A stretch of DNA of 64,000 nt from Pseudogymnoascus verrucosus. Its lineage: Eukaryota. The notes under the pieces were generated by a model. That model made no database searches and was not told the origin of the DNA. It saw nothing but the letters and a program-made list of their open reading frames with translations. A program made the translations under genes and the position numbers. Location: assembly GCA_001662655.1 (NCBI GenBank), contig KV460208.1. One strand, 5' to 3'. Shown piece by piece: positions 35,755 through 48,091 of this stretch (within the stretch, counting starts at the first letter, position 1; each line of letters starts with the position of its first letter).

Positions 35755-37304
35755 TTATAGCACATAGCGGAATTCCTTGCGCTGGAAATCCGTCAAATCA
35801 TCATCATCCCCATAATCCTCCTCTGGCTGACTCCCAAGCGCATCTCGCCTCTTGTTCTCCCGGACATACATCCAGCGCAAGCCAAGCGGCATTAAGAACG
35901 TCCCGCAGTAGCAGACAAGCATGGCGATGATGGCAGTGGGATAGCCCTCTTTAGCCTCCTCATCAATGAAGAATTGCGGCGCAGCGATGTTGCCGACACA
36001 GTACCCGACGAAGAGCAAGACGGTAACTGTCGTTTTCTTTGCGAATCCAGCCACGTTCCCGCCGATAACGCTGAAGCTGACAGCGAGACTAGCGGAGTGC
36101 GTGTAGTTGAGCCAGACGCCGACGGTCCTTCCCCAACGATTGTCGCTCGCAAGGGTGTGGAGCAGGACGACGCCGACGATAGACGGGAGCTGGGAGTACG
36201 ACATGATGTAGAGCCGCATGTTGGGGACTTTGTTAGCGAAAATCCCGGCACCTATAAGGAAGATGACTTGGACAGTGTGTGAAGGTATAGTCAGAAGCTG
36301 GGTGTTGATTGCGGAGAAGCCAAAGCCTTTGATGAGGAGGCTGCCGAAGTTAGAAAGGCCACCGGCGGGGATGGTATTCAGTATGCCGAGAAGGAAGAAT
36401 ATCCATGTTTTGACGTCAAGGAAGGCTTCCTTGACTTGAGACCACTTCCAGCTTCGTTCTACACCGGTGCCTTGTCTAGCGATGTCATTGGCGGCATGGA
36501 GCTTCTCCTCTTCAGTGAAGAATCGAGCCTTTCCAGGTGAGTCAGGGAACCAGAAAAGAAGCACGATACCCCAGAGAATCGTAATGCAGCCAAAGATAAT
36601 GAATAGCAGACGCCAGGGTGTGACGGCAGAATTCTCTATGTGTCCAACAGCATACCCAACAAGTCCACCGATAATACCGAAGGTTGGTGTCGCCGCGAAC
36701 CAGATATTTTGGCGAAGTGGTTGTTCAGATCGAGTGTACCACTGTGCTGTGAGGACCACGAAGGCAGGGGCAACTGCACTTTCTAATGCACCCAAAAAGA
36801 ACCGAAGGGCGATCAAGCCCGAAAAGTTAGTTGCAAAGTTCATGCAAAGAACCACAATTCCCCAGATAAAGACAGTAACGCCGAGGAATTGAGCAGCAGT
36901 AAACTTGTGGAGAAGAGAAGCCAGAGGATATTCGGCAACGAGATAGCCAAAGTAGAACACCGAAGCAACCCATGAGTACTGCGATCCATGAAGGTGGGTA
37001 TCCTTGCGCAAGTCATAGGCTGCTGCGTAGCCAAGGAGAGCTTTGTCAAGTGCTTGCAAGCCGTAGGTTATAAACATCTAGATCATGACGAGTTAAAATT
37101 GCGTAGAGGGAGTAAGTGGTTGTAATGGGGGCATACCAAAGGCAGGAGGTAGGTGTCTATTTTCCTCAAAGTTTGCTTTCTTGTGATGGTGGTTCCGCCA
37201 GCGGTTTCAACATGGCTATCACTACCATTGGAAGAATCCATCTTCTGGTCGACTTCAAAGACAGTGCCGCTCAGCCGCTTTTCAGGGACCTGTTGTAGAG
37301 ACAT
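35755..37304 (-). CDS. MFS transporter, allantoate permease (Dal5/ACS) family
   Basis: Exons 37304-37137 and 37077-35755. Motifs RKIDTYLLPL, LDKALLGYAA, YSWVASVFYFGYL, WYTRSEQPLR, GNVAGFAKKTT, and C-terminal DLTDFQRKEFRYVL. Confidence 0.95.
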
Positions 37305-38074
37305 ACTGAACTGCTATACAGTATATGATGGGAGTTGAATATAACTGTTGGGGACTTGAAGCTGTCTGTAGTAATACCAGACGAGCTCACTTCGAGTTCG
37401 ATGTGGTTTCTAGACAGAGACGGGACCCTCTATTTAAGGATGAGCATTGATGCCAAGTTCGAACCTTCTCCAGATTCTCCAGATTCTCCAGACTCTGCCG
37501 ATCTTCGCTTTCAATATCAAAGCCCCTTTGGTGCCGGTCCACTAGACATGGCGTCGGTGGGCTTGTTCTTGACCCATGGGGTCAGTTGTCGCTATCTCGG
37601 CCGAGTTCCATCTCATTTGCGTATGGGGATGGCATGAAATGCGGCGCGAGAAATAACATCTCGTCGTTCTGTCTCAATATGGTTAGTTATATTTCCCTCG
37701 CCCATTCAGCCCGATGCAGTTTAGTCCGCGATGCTGAGTCGCCTTTTCGTCCAAGCCTGGTTAGTCTGACATGCCTTAGTCTAAGTTAGCGCTCGCGACA
37801 GCTAAGTTGATGACTCTAGTGTCGCAACGTGGCGAGTTAGTATCATAGTACACTTGCAAGATAGGAAAGTAGCGATGGCGATAGCGGCGATGAGAATATT
37901 CAGGATAATGGAGTAGGTAAGATACGAATGAGGGGTTGGTTAAAAAGGGGTAGGTCTAGTTCCGTTCTTTTAAACCTTCCAAGACTCATCACATTCATCG
38001 TTCTACTTCCCGATCATTCTCCCCACCTCAGATCTTTATTCCTCGAGCTTCACAAAACAATTCCTACCTTCACA

Positions 38075-39663
38075 ATGGCCCCAAGTGTAATAGGCTCTCT
38101 TAAGAGAAATGCGGACGAGCTCAACGGGCACTCGCCAATCAAAAAGGATAGCAGCATCAACCGGGCCTTCTCAATTCCAAAAGCCAATGAGTCGGTCAGT
38201 TTGCCTGTCTTCAACAGTCTCAACATCGAAGCTCTGCCAGTTGATACTGTCTCAAAATTCTTCATAACCATAGCTCCAGGTGTACTTAGCACAATCGATG
38301 TCCCAGTGTATGCCTACCGATCTAGCAAACCAGGCCCAGTAGTTGGCATAACATGTGCCATCCACGGAAATGAAGTAAACGGCATTCCAGTCATCCAACG
38401 GCTATTCTCTAGCATCGAACGCGGAACAACTCATAAACACCGCAGCACCCACGAAACATTGGAAGATGGACAAGAGAGTCTGAGAGTCGATTGCGGAACC
38501 ATAATTGGCATACCCGTTGTCAATGTTCCCGGCTTTGTTGCTTCCATGCGCTGCTTTGACGAAGAGTCGAAGCAAGATCTAAACAGGCTTATGCCAGGCA
38601 AAATTGATGGCGCCGCTCCTCAACAATACGCATACCGGATCTTCCACAATATCGTCACCAAGTTCGACTACCTGATGGACCTTCACACTGCATCTCTAGG
38701 GCGGCGGAACAGCCTGTACGTGCGTGCTGACATGAACGATCCCGTTATTGCGAAATTGGCAACGTTGATGAAGCCGCAAGTCCTTGTGCATGTTGCTACC
38801 AAGGGATCGTTACGAGGTTGTGCACAGGCAATTGGTGTCAAAGCACTTACAGTTGAGGCATGTTATCCACTGTCCACTTTCCTTGTACCTTATGCATACC
38901 CTCCAGCATCGAGTACCGTCGCGTGGCCGGATACCAAGAGCCCACCGCGGATTGGATCTGCTCACTTCTCGCAGTGTTGAATATTGGTGCCGCTTGCGTG
39001 CCGCTGGACTCGAGACAGCCTGTCGCAAGAATCGCCCTCGTGCTAGCCGGCTGCAAACCATCAGCCCTCCTTTCAACTCATAGCTGACATATATCCATGT
39101 AGATCGGCAACGCAAGTTCTTTCCAAAAACCATTCATCCAAGATACCTACGCTGGAATATGCAGAGTCATCTCCGATATAGGATTATTCTCTGCATCCGG
39201 AATTCCAGACGGAACCCTAGACCAAGCGACAAGCCTGGGTGTAAAAGAGTCCGTTGTCTGCTCTCGAAGCGTAAGTGAAGTCCCAATCTTACTGTTTATT
39301 ATCCGTCCGTTTATTATCCATCCACGGAGATCCTAATTTCGCATCTAGTACTGGATTTTTACTAAAACAGGGGGGATTTTGCGGGTTTTTAAAGATATCG
39401 CCGAACTCGTCCAGCCTGGCGAGCTCATCGCGCAAGTTGAGTCCATATTCGGCGATGTGATCGAGGAGGTTCATGCGCCAACAGACTACCTAACGATCGT
39501 TGTGGGCTTAGAGGCAAATCCGATCGCCAGGGGAGGGAATCGCATTGTAAGTACCACTATTTAATTTCAGTTGCCGTGACCCATACTAATCATAGTTCTA
39601 TAGGTACATCTTGGTGTCGTAGGGAGTAACTTTGGGGAAGTCGCAAATGATGGGCATTTATAA
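38075..39663 (+). CDS. Succinylglutamate desuccinylase/aspartoacylase family (M14-like) zinc deacylase
   Basis: Motifs HGNE, DLNRLMPG, DLHT, and catalytic TVE|IGN. Exons 38075-38857, 39103-39270, 39349-39546, 39604-39663; the first intron is GC-AG. C-terminal SYWIFTKTGGIL...GELIAQVESIFGD...RIVHLG. Confidence 0.88.
38905..39087 (+). pseudogene. Fragment of a fungal PKS-NRPS/NRPS adenylation domain inside intron 1 of the deacylase
   Basis: In a frame different from the host: RVAGYQEPTADWICSLLAVLNIGAACVPLDSRQPVARIALVLAGCKPSALL, which resembles the A2 core region (L..G.AYVPLD...P..R...I...C.P..IL). Confidence 0.8.
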
Positions 39664-40035
39664 AATAACAACGCCGCTAAAAAATAATTAATACCTTTTC
39701 GCAATAATAAAGTTCATATATACATATAGATAGTAGCTAAATAAATAAAATATAATTAAAACACCAAAAAATAAACCACGAACCTTGCCCCTTGTGTGAT
39801 CCCAAAGCACTCGTCGGGCTGTGGTTGTCGATACGGCGTCAACCCTAGCCGCGACCCCAGAAAATCTACAAGTTTTGCCGCTAACCGCGCCAAAACACCC
39901 CCTTCTCTCCACTCTCTCTCTTTAAACCCAACAACCCGACAATGAATACCACATCTATCCACGCCATATACTAGATACAGGCGGACTTATCCACTGCGCA
40001 CTTTATACCTCATATCTACTTTAGACCAAAAGACG

Positions 40036-40850
40036 ATGTCACGCGCCGCTGCCGCAGCGGCAAATGCAGCAGCTCACACAGCCGCAGCTGGAGCGTCCAC
40101 GTCAACGCGCGTGTTGCACATTCGCGCGCATCCAACGCCGGTGACGATGGCGGCACGACAGAGGGTGCTGGCCGCGCTTGAGTCTTTTGGCGAGGTAGAG
40201 CATTTTCGGAGCTTGAAGGTATGTTACTTCTATTTTATTTAATCTGGCTGGGTGGCTTGGTTCTCTTTTGGGGTGTATGTCGGATATTTTTTCTTTCCGT
40301 TGTTGATCAGATTGTGGCACGTGTTGTCATCGGGATGGGCGAGATTGGAGATGGATGGTTAGGATGGATTTCTGTTTTCAATTTGATGAGATGAAGCGCG
40401 CAGACGGCACATGACAAAACTAACACACTCCAGCACCACCCCACAACCCCCACCACCTCAGCCTTTCACGCCATCCTCCCCCCTACCGCCTCCCGCGCCC
40501 TCCTCGCCGCCTCCCCCATCACCATCCCCCTCACCCAACCCGCGTCAGAGTCTCAATCACCAGGCCCCCATCGGGAAAACCTAACCCTCACCATCCGCCC
40601 CTCTCCTCACCTCCCCCCCCTCTCCATCCGCTCCTCCCCCATCTACGGTCCCTACACACCCACCCACCCCCGCCGCTCCGCGATCACTGCAGACCTACTT
40701 GGCCGCATACCCCAGGGCGTCGCGCAGAAGGGGTTGTGTGACTGGGAGAGTGACGCGCCACGGGAGCGGAGGGCGTGGGGCGTTGGACTTGGGAGCGGTG
40801 GCGTGCCTTGGAGGATTAGGCGGAGGGAGAAGGAGGGAGGGGGGAGGTAG
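40036..40850 (+). CDS. Hypothetical fungal protein (~199 aa)
   Basis: Exons 40036-40218 and 40434-40850 join in frame (GTATGT..CTAAC..CAG). Contains RVLAALESFGEVEHFRSLK and KGLCDWE. Confidence 0.75.
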
Positions 40851-41440
40851 GTGGGTGTGTGGAAGATGATAGTATAGTTAAACTAGGATGGGTACGATGA
40901 TGTGGCCTGACGGCAGGGCGCAGGACGCCCTGCTGTATACCCTGGGTACATTGACCGGGGGAATGGTTCCGGGCACGCAAACGGCGCAGATGCACAGGAT
41001 ATATACTGTGCCACAATTGGCAGCTTGTTGCTGGCTGGCGATATGCTCTCGTAACGCGCCTTATGACACACAGAGGCGACCTGGGGACAAAGCTGAAGAA
41101 TGGACGAGAGATATAGTAATGGGCGAGGTATATAGAGCAAAGGACGAGAGAAGCGCAGCGAGTGAAGGATGGGCGAGAGGGAGCAGTCACTGGCGCTGTG
41201 AAAGGAGGAACCTCTCATTTACACTAAGCGGCGGCCACTAACGAGATAATCTCGTTGTATTGTATGTATATATAAGTAAATCAATCTTGCACACTGCGAA
41301 ACTACCTACATCATAAAGCAACACTCATGAACTATACCATGATACAGTGCAAACACTTGTGGACTCAAACAATCCTTGGATATTCCGTAGTATCTAGCGA
41401 GCGCTACAGATCATCTCAGCACTCTACTATATTCGAAGTA

Positions 41441-43029
41441 TCACCTACCCCTTGCCGGCTCAATCGAAATCGGATTAAAAAACAGCTCCCCCGGATCAAC
41501 CTGCGCCTTGATCCTCCGCAGCCTCGGAAGATTCTTCCCCCAAAACAGCTCCTCCGCCTCCCACCGCCCTAACCTCGCATCCACATAATTGACATACATC
41601 CCCCATTCTCCCCATTCAAGCGGTTGCGTCGTAGTATCCACCCAACCATCTAGAAACTGAAAGCCGTTCGCCGGATACGGCTCCCCTATCACTCTGTCGT
41701 AAAACTGGATGATGTACAGCTTATCCCTGTGCGCATACGACGTCACACCATTGTCATGCTCCCAGACGCCTGCGTGTGCCCCGCCGTGCAGGTCGAGTTG
41801 GAACCACCATATCCGATCCAAGTTGAACGCGACATTAAACCAGTAGTCCACGAAATTCTCAGCCGACGTGCCATTCAGCCGCGTTAGCGTAAGGCTCTTG
41901 GCGTAGAAAGTGTCGTGCTTACGGCGTGTCAGCACTATCTCATCTTCTTGTTACTGGGAGGAAGGCACTCACCTTATTATAAGGCTCTGGTACAACCAGC
42001 CCCGTATCAGATTCCGAAAAATGGAGCAACCCACCGATCCAGTCCGTCGTCCCAGCTGTGGCAATGCTCCCATTCACCCTCTCCAAAAGCGGACCCAGCG
42101 CATCATCCAGCCCCGCCCTATCTCCATAGAAAACACCATCCAGCGAACTCCCATTCGCAGACGCCATGAGCCGCATATTCAGCTCCGGCGACATTCTGTA
42201 CCTCGTAAACAATTCCAACTCCTCCAGCCCCTCCACCGCCGTCTCCCCATCCCACGGCAGCGCGGCCGAAAACCACGTCACTACCCCCGGCGCCTCATAC
42301 GTCCTAAACCGAAACTCGGTCGCGACCCCAAAACTCGACCCAGCACCTAGCATGGCAAAGAACAGAGAAGGGTGCAAATGAGCAGAGCAATCGACTACGC
42401 TTGCGTTGGCAAGCACGACGCTAATGCTATCCACCCAGTCGAGCGCGAGCCCGTGAGTGCGCGATGACATACCATAGCCCCCATGCAAGACATGGCCCCC
42501 GACCCCGACACTTCCTGGTCCGTCAGCAACTCTTCACAGACAAGTCCCTTCCGGAGTTCTGGGGGAAAACTCACCCTGGACACGTCCCGTGCGAAAACGC
42601 CCTCTTCCCCTGATTATAGATCCTCGTCGCAACATCACCCAACCTTGCCCCGGGCCCAATCGTCGCTATCCCCGTCTCCCGATTCAAACTCACACCAGCC
42701 AACCGATCGAGCTCAATCACTAAATGGCCATCTTCCCCCCCTAAACTGAGAGAAGCGTACGAATGGCCCCCCGCCTTTGGGGTTACCTTGACTTTGTGTG
42801 CGGCGCCACAGGCGACGGCAGCGGCGACCTGGGAGGTGGAGACGGGGATGACGATTGCGGTGGGGGTGTATGATACGCGAGTGTTAAAGGGGGAGGCGAA
42901 AATGGGCCAGGTGGGGGAGGTGGGAGTGATGAAGGGGACATGGGCGCTGGAGAGGCAGTTTAGTAGGGGGGTGGTGGCGTGAATGGAGGCGGCTAGGAAG
43001 CCGAGGTAGAGTAGTGCTGGTAGCTTCAT
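41441..43029 (-). CDS. Secreted BBE-like FAD oxidase (AA7, oligosaccharide oxidase type)
   Basis: Signal peptide; KAGGHSY and HGTCPGVG (His/Cys for bicovalent FAD); C-terminal YVNYVD...WGKNLPRLRRIKAQVDP. Exons 43029-42575, 42510-41973, 41917-41441. Confidence 0.93.
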
Positions 43030-43787
43030 TGTGGGGTCGATGAGGCAGAATTGAGTTTTGAAGTTTTAGGATACTTGATGTCGGCGTGGTCGTATTTATA
43101 GGCGTGTCGCATCGCACATGCGACGAGTGAGCTGCATAGTTAAGCTGGCGAGGGTCACAAGGTAATACATACCGTCTTAGGATTCTAATATTCCAAAATT
43201 CGTTGTGCAGTGGAATGTTACAACTAACTCATGGTGGCTCCTTCCATAGTTGGATGGTCGTGCCTTCCTTGTGCTGGTGACTTGAGGTCGAAGTATCCTA
43301 TATTAGTAATATCATGCTCCATGCTACTACGGCAGGAGCAAGGGGCGTGCCAGAGTCGTACTTGCCGCACTGGGAAAGCATGATGACTTGACGCGAGCAG
43401 CCATTGATTTATGGCGCTTGCCGTCCATATATGGACCTCGATGTTTACATTTTAGCTTGGCAAACTGAGAAATTAGTCATGATAGTCTAGGTTGCTGGAA
43501 ATACTTACTTGAAAGCTTGAAATTGCATTGCTCAGTAGCTTGGAGGCTAAAATATGAGACATCGCAGCCGGACACTCAAAACACAAGAAGCTCGAATGAT
43601 TTGAATGATTCCTTCATTACCCCATTGAGGGGTTCATCGTATGTGCAACACCAATCCCGTATCTCACAACTCATCAAACGTCCTAGCAATCCCTCCAGAA
43701 GCCATCAAATAAACACCCCCAAAATACGCCCCGACCCCAAGCCCATCCCCCGCACCCTTAAAAGCAAGTCAACATCTGAACCCCATC

Positions 43788-45355
43788 TCACTTCCTTGCC
43801 CCACCAGGCATAACCCCCCCTAACGCTCTCAACACATCCCTCATGCCCACGCCCCCTCCCCTCTCCTCCTTCTCTCTCTCACCCAACCGCCCTTCACACC
43901 CATCCATCACCCGTCCCGCTACTCCGTCCATCTCTTTCCCGTCTTGCTCGAGCCCATGCACCGCATGCGCAAACACATCCGTTGCCAGCTCCAGACGATC
44001 CCTCACGACATTTAGGCGTGCCGTGACGCGCGGCGCGAGAGTGGCGTTGGTACGTAGCGCTTCGAGTATGGGAGCGCTAGAGGCGGGCAGGAGGGTAGGG
44101 TCCAAGGGTGCTGATTTTTGTGGTTTTGGAGGTTGAGAGGGCGGAGGCGCGGAGAGGGCGAGGAGTTCTGCTTTCTCTTTCCGTAATCTGTGTTTGATCG
44201 TTAGTCTGCTGTTCATCTATCTGTAATTCCCTCGCGTGCTGCAGAGGATATAAAAAATAGGACATACCGTTTAACTCTCTCTTCTAACTCCGCAACCCTC
44301 GCCGCATTCCCCACATTCAATGGATTCGGCACAACCACCACCTTTTTTTCTCCCGGCGCCCGCGCAAACCAATCACTCAGCTCACTCCGCTCCGAGAATT
44401 CCTTCAGAACCTGCTCCTGTATATGCCTCGCCGCCAGAACCGCCGCGCTACCCTCTCCCATCCCGGGTCGCTCTCCCAGTGCCCTCTCTCCACACCACGT
44501 CAAAAGCTGCCTCATGCGCCGCGGCTCAGGCAGAGAACTTTCGATATGCTTGTAGAACTCGTCCGTTGGCACGGCCGCGTGCGGCGTGGCGGTGTGTCCG
44601 CTATCTATCAGTGAACTGGCGCGCCGCCCACGCAATCCCAGACTCGACCGTCGTGATGTCGTCTGGCGCAGCGCTTTATTCCGGTTCAACACTGGCGTGT
44701 CGCTGAAGGGGAGCGCGATTGTCGTCGCGTGAGATGTGCTCAGTATAGGTGTGCGCGTTATCGATTGCGACTCGGGCTCTGGTGGGGGCGGCGAGACGGT
44801 GGATACACCGCCAACCATCTCGATGGCGTCTTCGTCATAGTCTGGCTCTGCTTCGTTGCGGCGCGCGTTTTCGAGAGAGGAGCGTGTACTCCTGCGTGTC
44901 CCACGGCGCGGCTCGGGCTGTGTTGCGGGGACCTCTTTTTTCCTCCTGGTCGTGTCGCGCGCGTCTTTTTTAGGTGATGGTACTTTGGGATCAGGCCTTG
45001 CGGGTGTGGCGGAAAAGCTCATCTTCCGCTTTGAGGGCCGCCGCGGTAAATCCTTTGGCGCAACATCTTCAGTCTTCTCCTGCCTCCTACTCCGCGACGG
45101 GGCCGGTTCCGTCTCAGCTACTGCCTCTAGCGGCGCCGCAGTCTTTGTTCGTTTCGAGCCCCGAGTGAAATTGAAGTCGCCATCTGATTCATCGTATGCT
45201 GTGACAATTGTTAGCATGCCCCTCTATCTATCTATCTCACCGGGCTTGGCGCGTGGGTTGCACGTACTGGCTAATCGCTTACTGCGCCTGCGCTGCGGCT
45301 GTGTATTCATGCTCAGCGTTTCTAGAGGATTCCGCGAGCGTATGAGGGTAGTCAT
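43788..45355 (-). CDS. mis13: Kinetochore Mis12-complex subunit Mis13/Dsn1
   Basis: Exons 45355-45268, 45198-44268, 44187-43788. Motifs FSDTPVLNRNK, RRSSLGLRGRRASSLI (Aurora B-type sites), FYKHIESSLPEPRRMRQLLTWCGERAL. Confidence 0.9.
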
Positions 45356-46016
45356 TGAGCGGCGACCGAGCTCGTCATGGGCCTGTTCTCTGGTATTTGT
45401 TGGTTGGGTGGTGGTGTGGATCGCCACGCGCGAAAAATCTCGCGTTTTCGAAACTCCGGTCGGACCTGGATTAATGCTTTGGAAATGTCGACGCGATTGA
45501 TATCGAATTGGAGGGTTTGTGGTGATCGTGGGAGTCGTTGGGCGTTGCGTTGGCGTGCTTCGTGATGTTCTTGGGTTGTTCCTGCCGTTGTTTACATGCG
45601 ATGGTCGAAGTGGGCAAAGCGAGCTAGCTATCGCGCTAGCCTGATTAGGCCCGACAACTCTGACGCGAGCGCGTCAATGGACCCTCCATGCGGCCCACGA
45701 GCTTCATTTTATCTTCCCTTTGGGAATCAACGAGGTTTTATTATTAATGACCAAGGCGGTATACTTGTTTTCATTCTGAATAGTTATAATATGTCGATTT
45801 GCTGTGAATAGTCTTACTTGGCGTTTTTATGGTTTAAGCGCTTCTACTCGTACTTAATGTTGATTGTACTCTAATACTCACCCGCAAAGAATGATGAGTG
45901 CTTAAATCTTTGTTAGTCCTTTTCTTATAGTACTTCTCTTCACTTGTAGCACCCGCCCTATATTAGACCCTTATATTTCCTTATCAACACGATAAGTCTT
46001 ACATCGGGTCCCGTAT

Positions 46017-46064
46017 GACCATTTTACCTCGAAGGTGACTATAGCCGCAGTATCAAACAACCGT
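46017..46064 (+). repeat. 48-bp direct repeat, left copy
   Basis: GACCATTTTACCTCGAAGGTGACTATAGCCGCAGTATCAAACAACCGT; one mismatch to 49546-49593. Confidence 0.95.
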
Positions 46065-46082
46065 TAATCCTAGTCGTCCATC

Positions 46083-46907
46083 CTAGTCTTCTTCCATCGG
46101 ATCTGAGGAAAAGTCGGGATATCGCTCCTTTAGCGCTGCACGCACAGCTTCCAGACACTCGCGCTTGCGGTACCGCTGTAGGTCAGGCCAACCATGCTCG
46201 CGATAGATGTCTTGCATCATGGGTACCATCCCATCGTCGTCCCCGGTGGCGGGTGTGTAATCGTCCATCACCAACCGCGGGCTTATCGGGACGAAGTTCA
46301 GCTTCCGGAACTGGTCCTTGAAAACCTCGAAGAAGTCAGGGATGGCCCATGCCGCGCTGTCAGCCCGCCACTCCGCCTCGTTCTCGGCTGCATAGTCGTA
46401 CGGATCATCCGAGACTAGCTCACGCGGCGGATCGCACTTCACCTTGGCGGGGCACCCAGGCCAGTACGCGACGCCGAGCTCAGTGTCGAGCAGGAGGACG
46501 GGATTGTCGTAGTTGCCGCTCGTGAGACTGACGACGTGAGGGGGGATATCCTCGAGCAGCCAAGCACTTTCCGAACAGTGCTTGAGCACTTCACAATTTG
46601 AGGCGCCGATGCTAACATTATGGCTGTCCTGTCGCCAGTCGGCGAACTGGCACAAGGGGGCGGACTGGAGCTTCAGCACGGTGTGCTCGGGCGCGCGTAT
46701 GTAGGGCAGGGAACGGAGCAGCGAGATTACTTCGTCGGTTTTGCCTAAACCCCGTAGGTTGTCTTGTGTAATTGTGGGCCAGCCCCCGTCGGGCGGGATG
46801 AGGACATCCGACTCGTCGTGGTACATCTTGGAGAGGAAGTCATAGTAGTCGCGGACGGCGGCAACGCATTCATCGCGCGAGTAGGTAATATCTTCCAGCT
46901 CCGGCAT
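46083..46907 (-). CDS. Uncharacterised acidic fungal protein, intronless (274 aa)
   Basis: Globular-looking ORF from ATG 46907: YSRDECVAAVRDYYDFL...PPDGGWP...LGKTDEVISLLRSLPYI...IYREHGWP. The upstream extension in the ORF track is a purine/pyrimidine tract. Confidence 0.85.
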   Translation of the reverse strand: MPELEDITYSRDECVAAVRDYYDFLSKMYHDESDVLIPPDGGWPTITQDNLRGLGKTDEVISLLRSLPYIRAPEHTVLKLQSAPLCQFADWRQDSHNVSIGASNCEVLKHCSESAWLLEDIPPHVVSLTSGNYDNPVLLLDTELGVAYWPGCPAKVKCDPPRELVSDDPYDYAAENEAEWRADSAAWAIPDFFEVFKDQFRKLNFVPISPRLVMDDYTPATGDDDGMVPMMQDIYREHGWPDLQRYRKRECLEAVRAALKERYPDFSSDPMEED

Positions 46908-48091
46908 TTTCGGGGAGGGGAACTTGCGTGGAGAAAAGCACAGCGAGTACGAGTACTCGGTGGAGATGAAGGAGAGACGGTCTGTTGGAGGGGGGAAGAA
47001 GGAGAAGGAGAAGGAGACGGAAAGAGGCAGGAAAGAGGCAGGAGGGAGGGAGGAGGGAGGGAGGAGGGAGAGGGTTGTCAACTGTACGATACCGGCGCTA
47101 ACGTCGCCTGCCCTATAGCAAACGCCTCAACGAATGGAGCAACTGTGTATTTCTGCGTATTTCCCAACAGAGCTAGCTCTACCTGTACGAGGAACTTGGC
47201 TGCATCGTATGCTGCCAAAGCGTTCTGGCAATATTCGTATGCTGCCAAGCAGGCTATAGTACGTAATTTCATCTTCATTTCCAACATCTCGCATCCACCG
47301 CCACTGTCCCTCCGTCAATACTTGACGAAGAAACCAGAAAAACGATTGCGACGCCAAGCAAGAGGTTGCAGGACGAGTATGTCAGTTATAGTGTTGTTTT
47401 GGGTCTCCGTATCACATGACAGGACGTAACTGAGGGTTAACATGCGATAACATGCGGCTCTATACAAACCAACACTACTCACCTACGCACGCCTTTTAAG
47501 CTTATCCAGAACTGTCTTAACTTAAGTTAGTTATCGAAAAACTTGCTTACTATAAAATCCTTGATAGCTCCACTAGGATGCACGCGACGGGTACCTCGCT
47601 TACTAACGCCTTAACCTATGCAACGCGCTTGTGATCTTCACTAAGCGAAGACTCCAGACTCTAGACTCTCGACTCTATGGGGGTCGCTAACTAAACCTCG
47701 TACCTCCGCCACTACTATATGCAGTTTACAGTAGTGCATGTGCCTGCAGTGCACGGGTGCTAGCATGTTTAGTTTGTGGTGTAGAAGCTTATGCAACACT
47801 AGGCAGGACGACACATTTATTCCAGAACAGGGTAATAAAAAAAATTCATGGGCAGGGGGGTTAAGGAAATCGATAGTCGAGATAAAGAGATGAAATGCCA
47901 AGTTTACACCATCACAAGACGAGAATCACACACTTTCCACATTCCACCGCCAACCCCCCCCCCCCCCCCGTCAGACGAAACTGTTTCTATATGCTACTTC
48001 GAAGCTCATCCTGACACAGGAAGGTTTACCTTCCCTTCTTCTCCATTATTTTCCCTCAACTGGGTGTCCCAACTGCTGCAGCGTTGCTAAA

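Noticed and set aside
37928..38074. Upstream ATG extension of the deacylase ORF
   Set aside because: Reads like promoter/5' UTR sequence; ATG 38075 has the better context (CACAATGG). Not fully excluded.
47450..47850. RIP-mutated transposon remnant
   Set aside because: TA-rich, but no terminal repeats or transposase/RT motifs are visible, so it cannot be called a mobile element.
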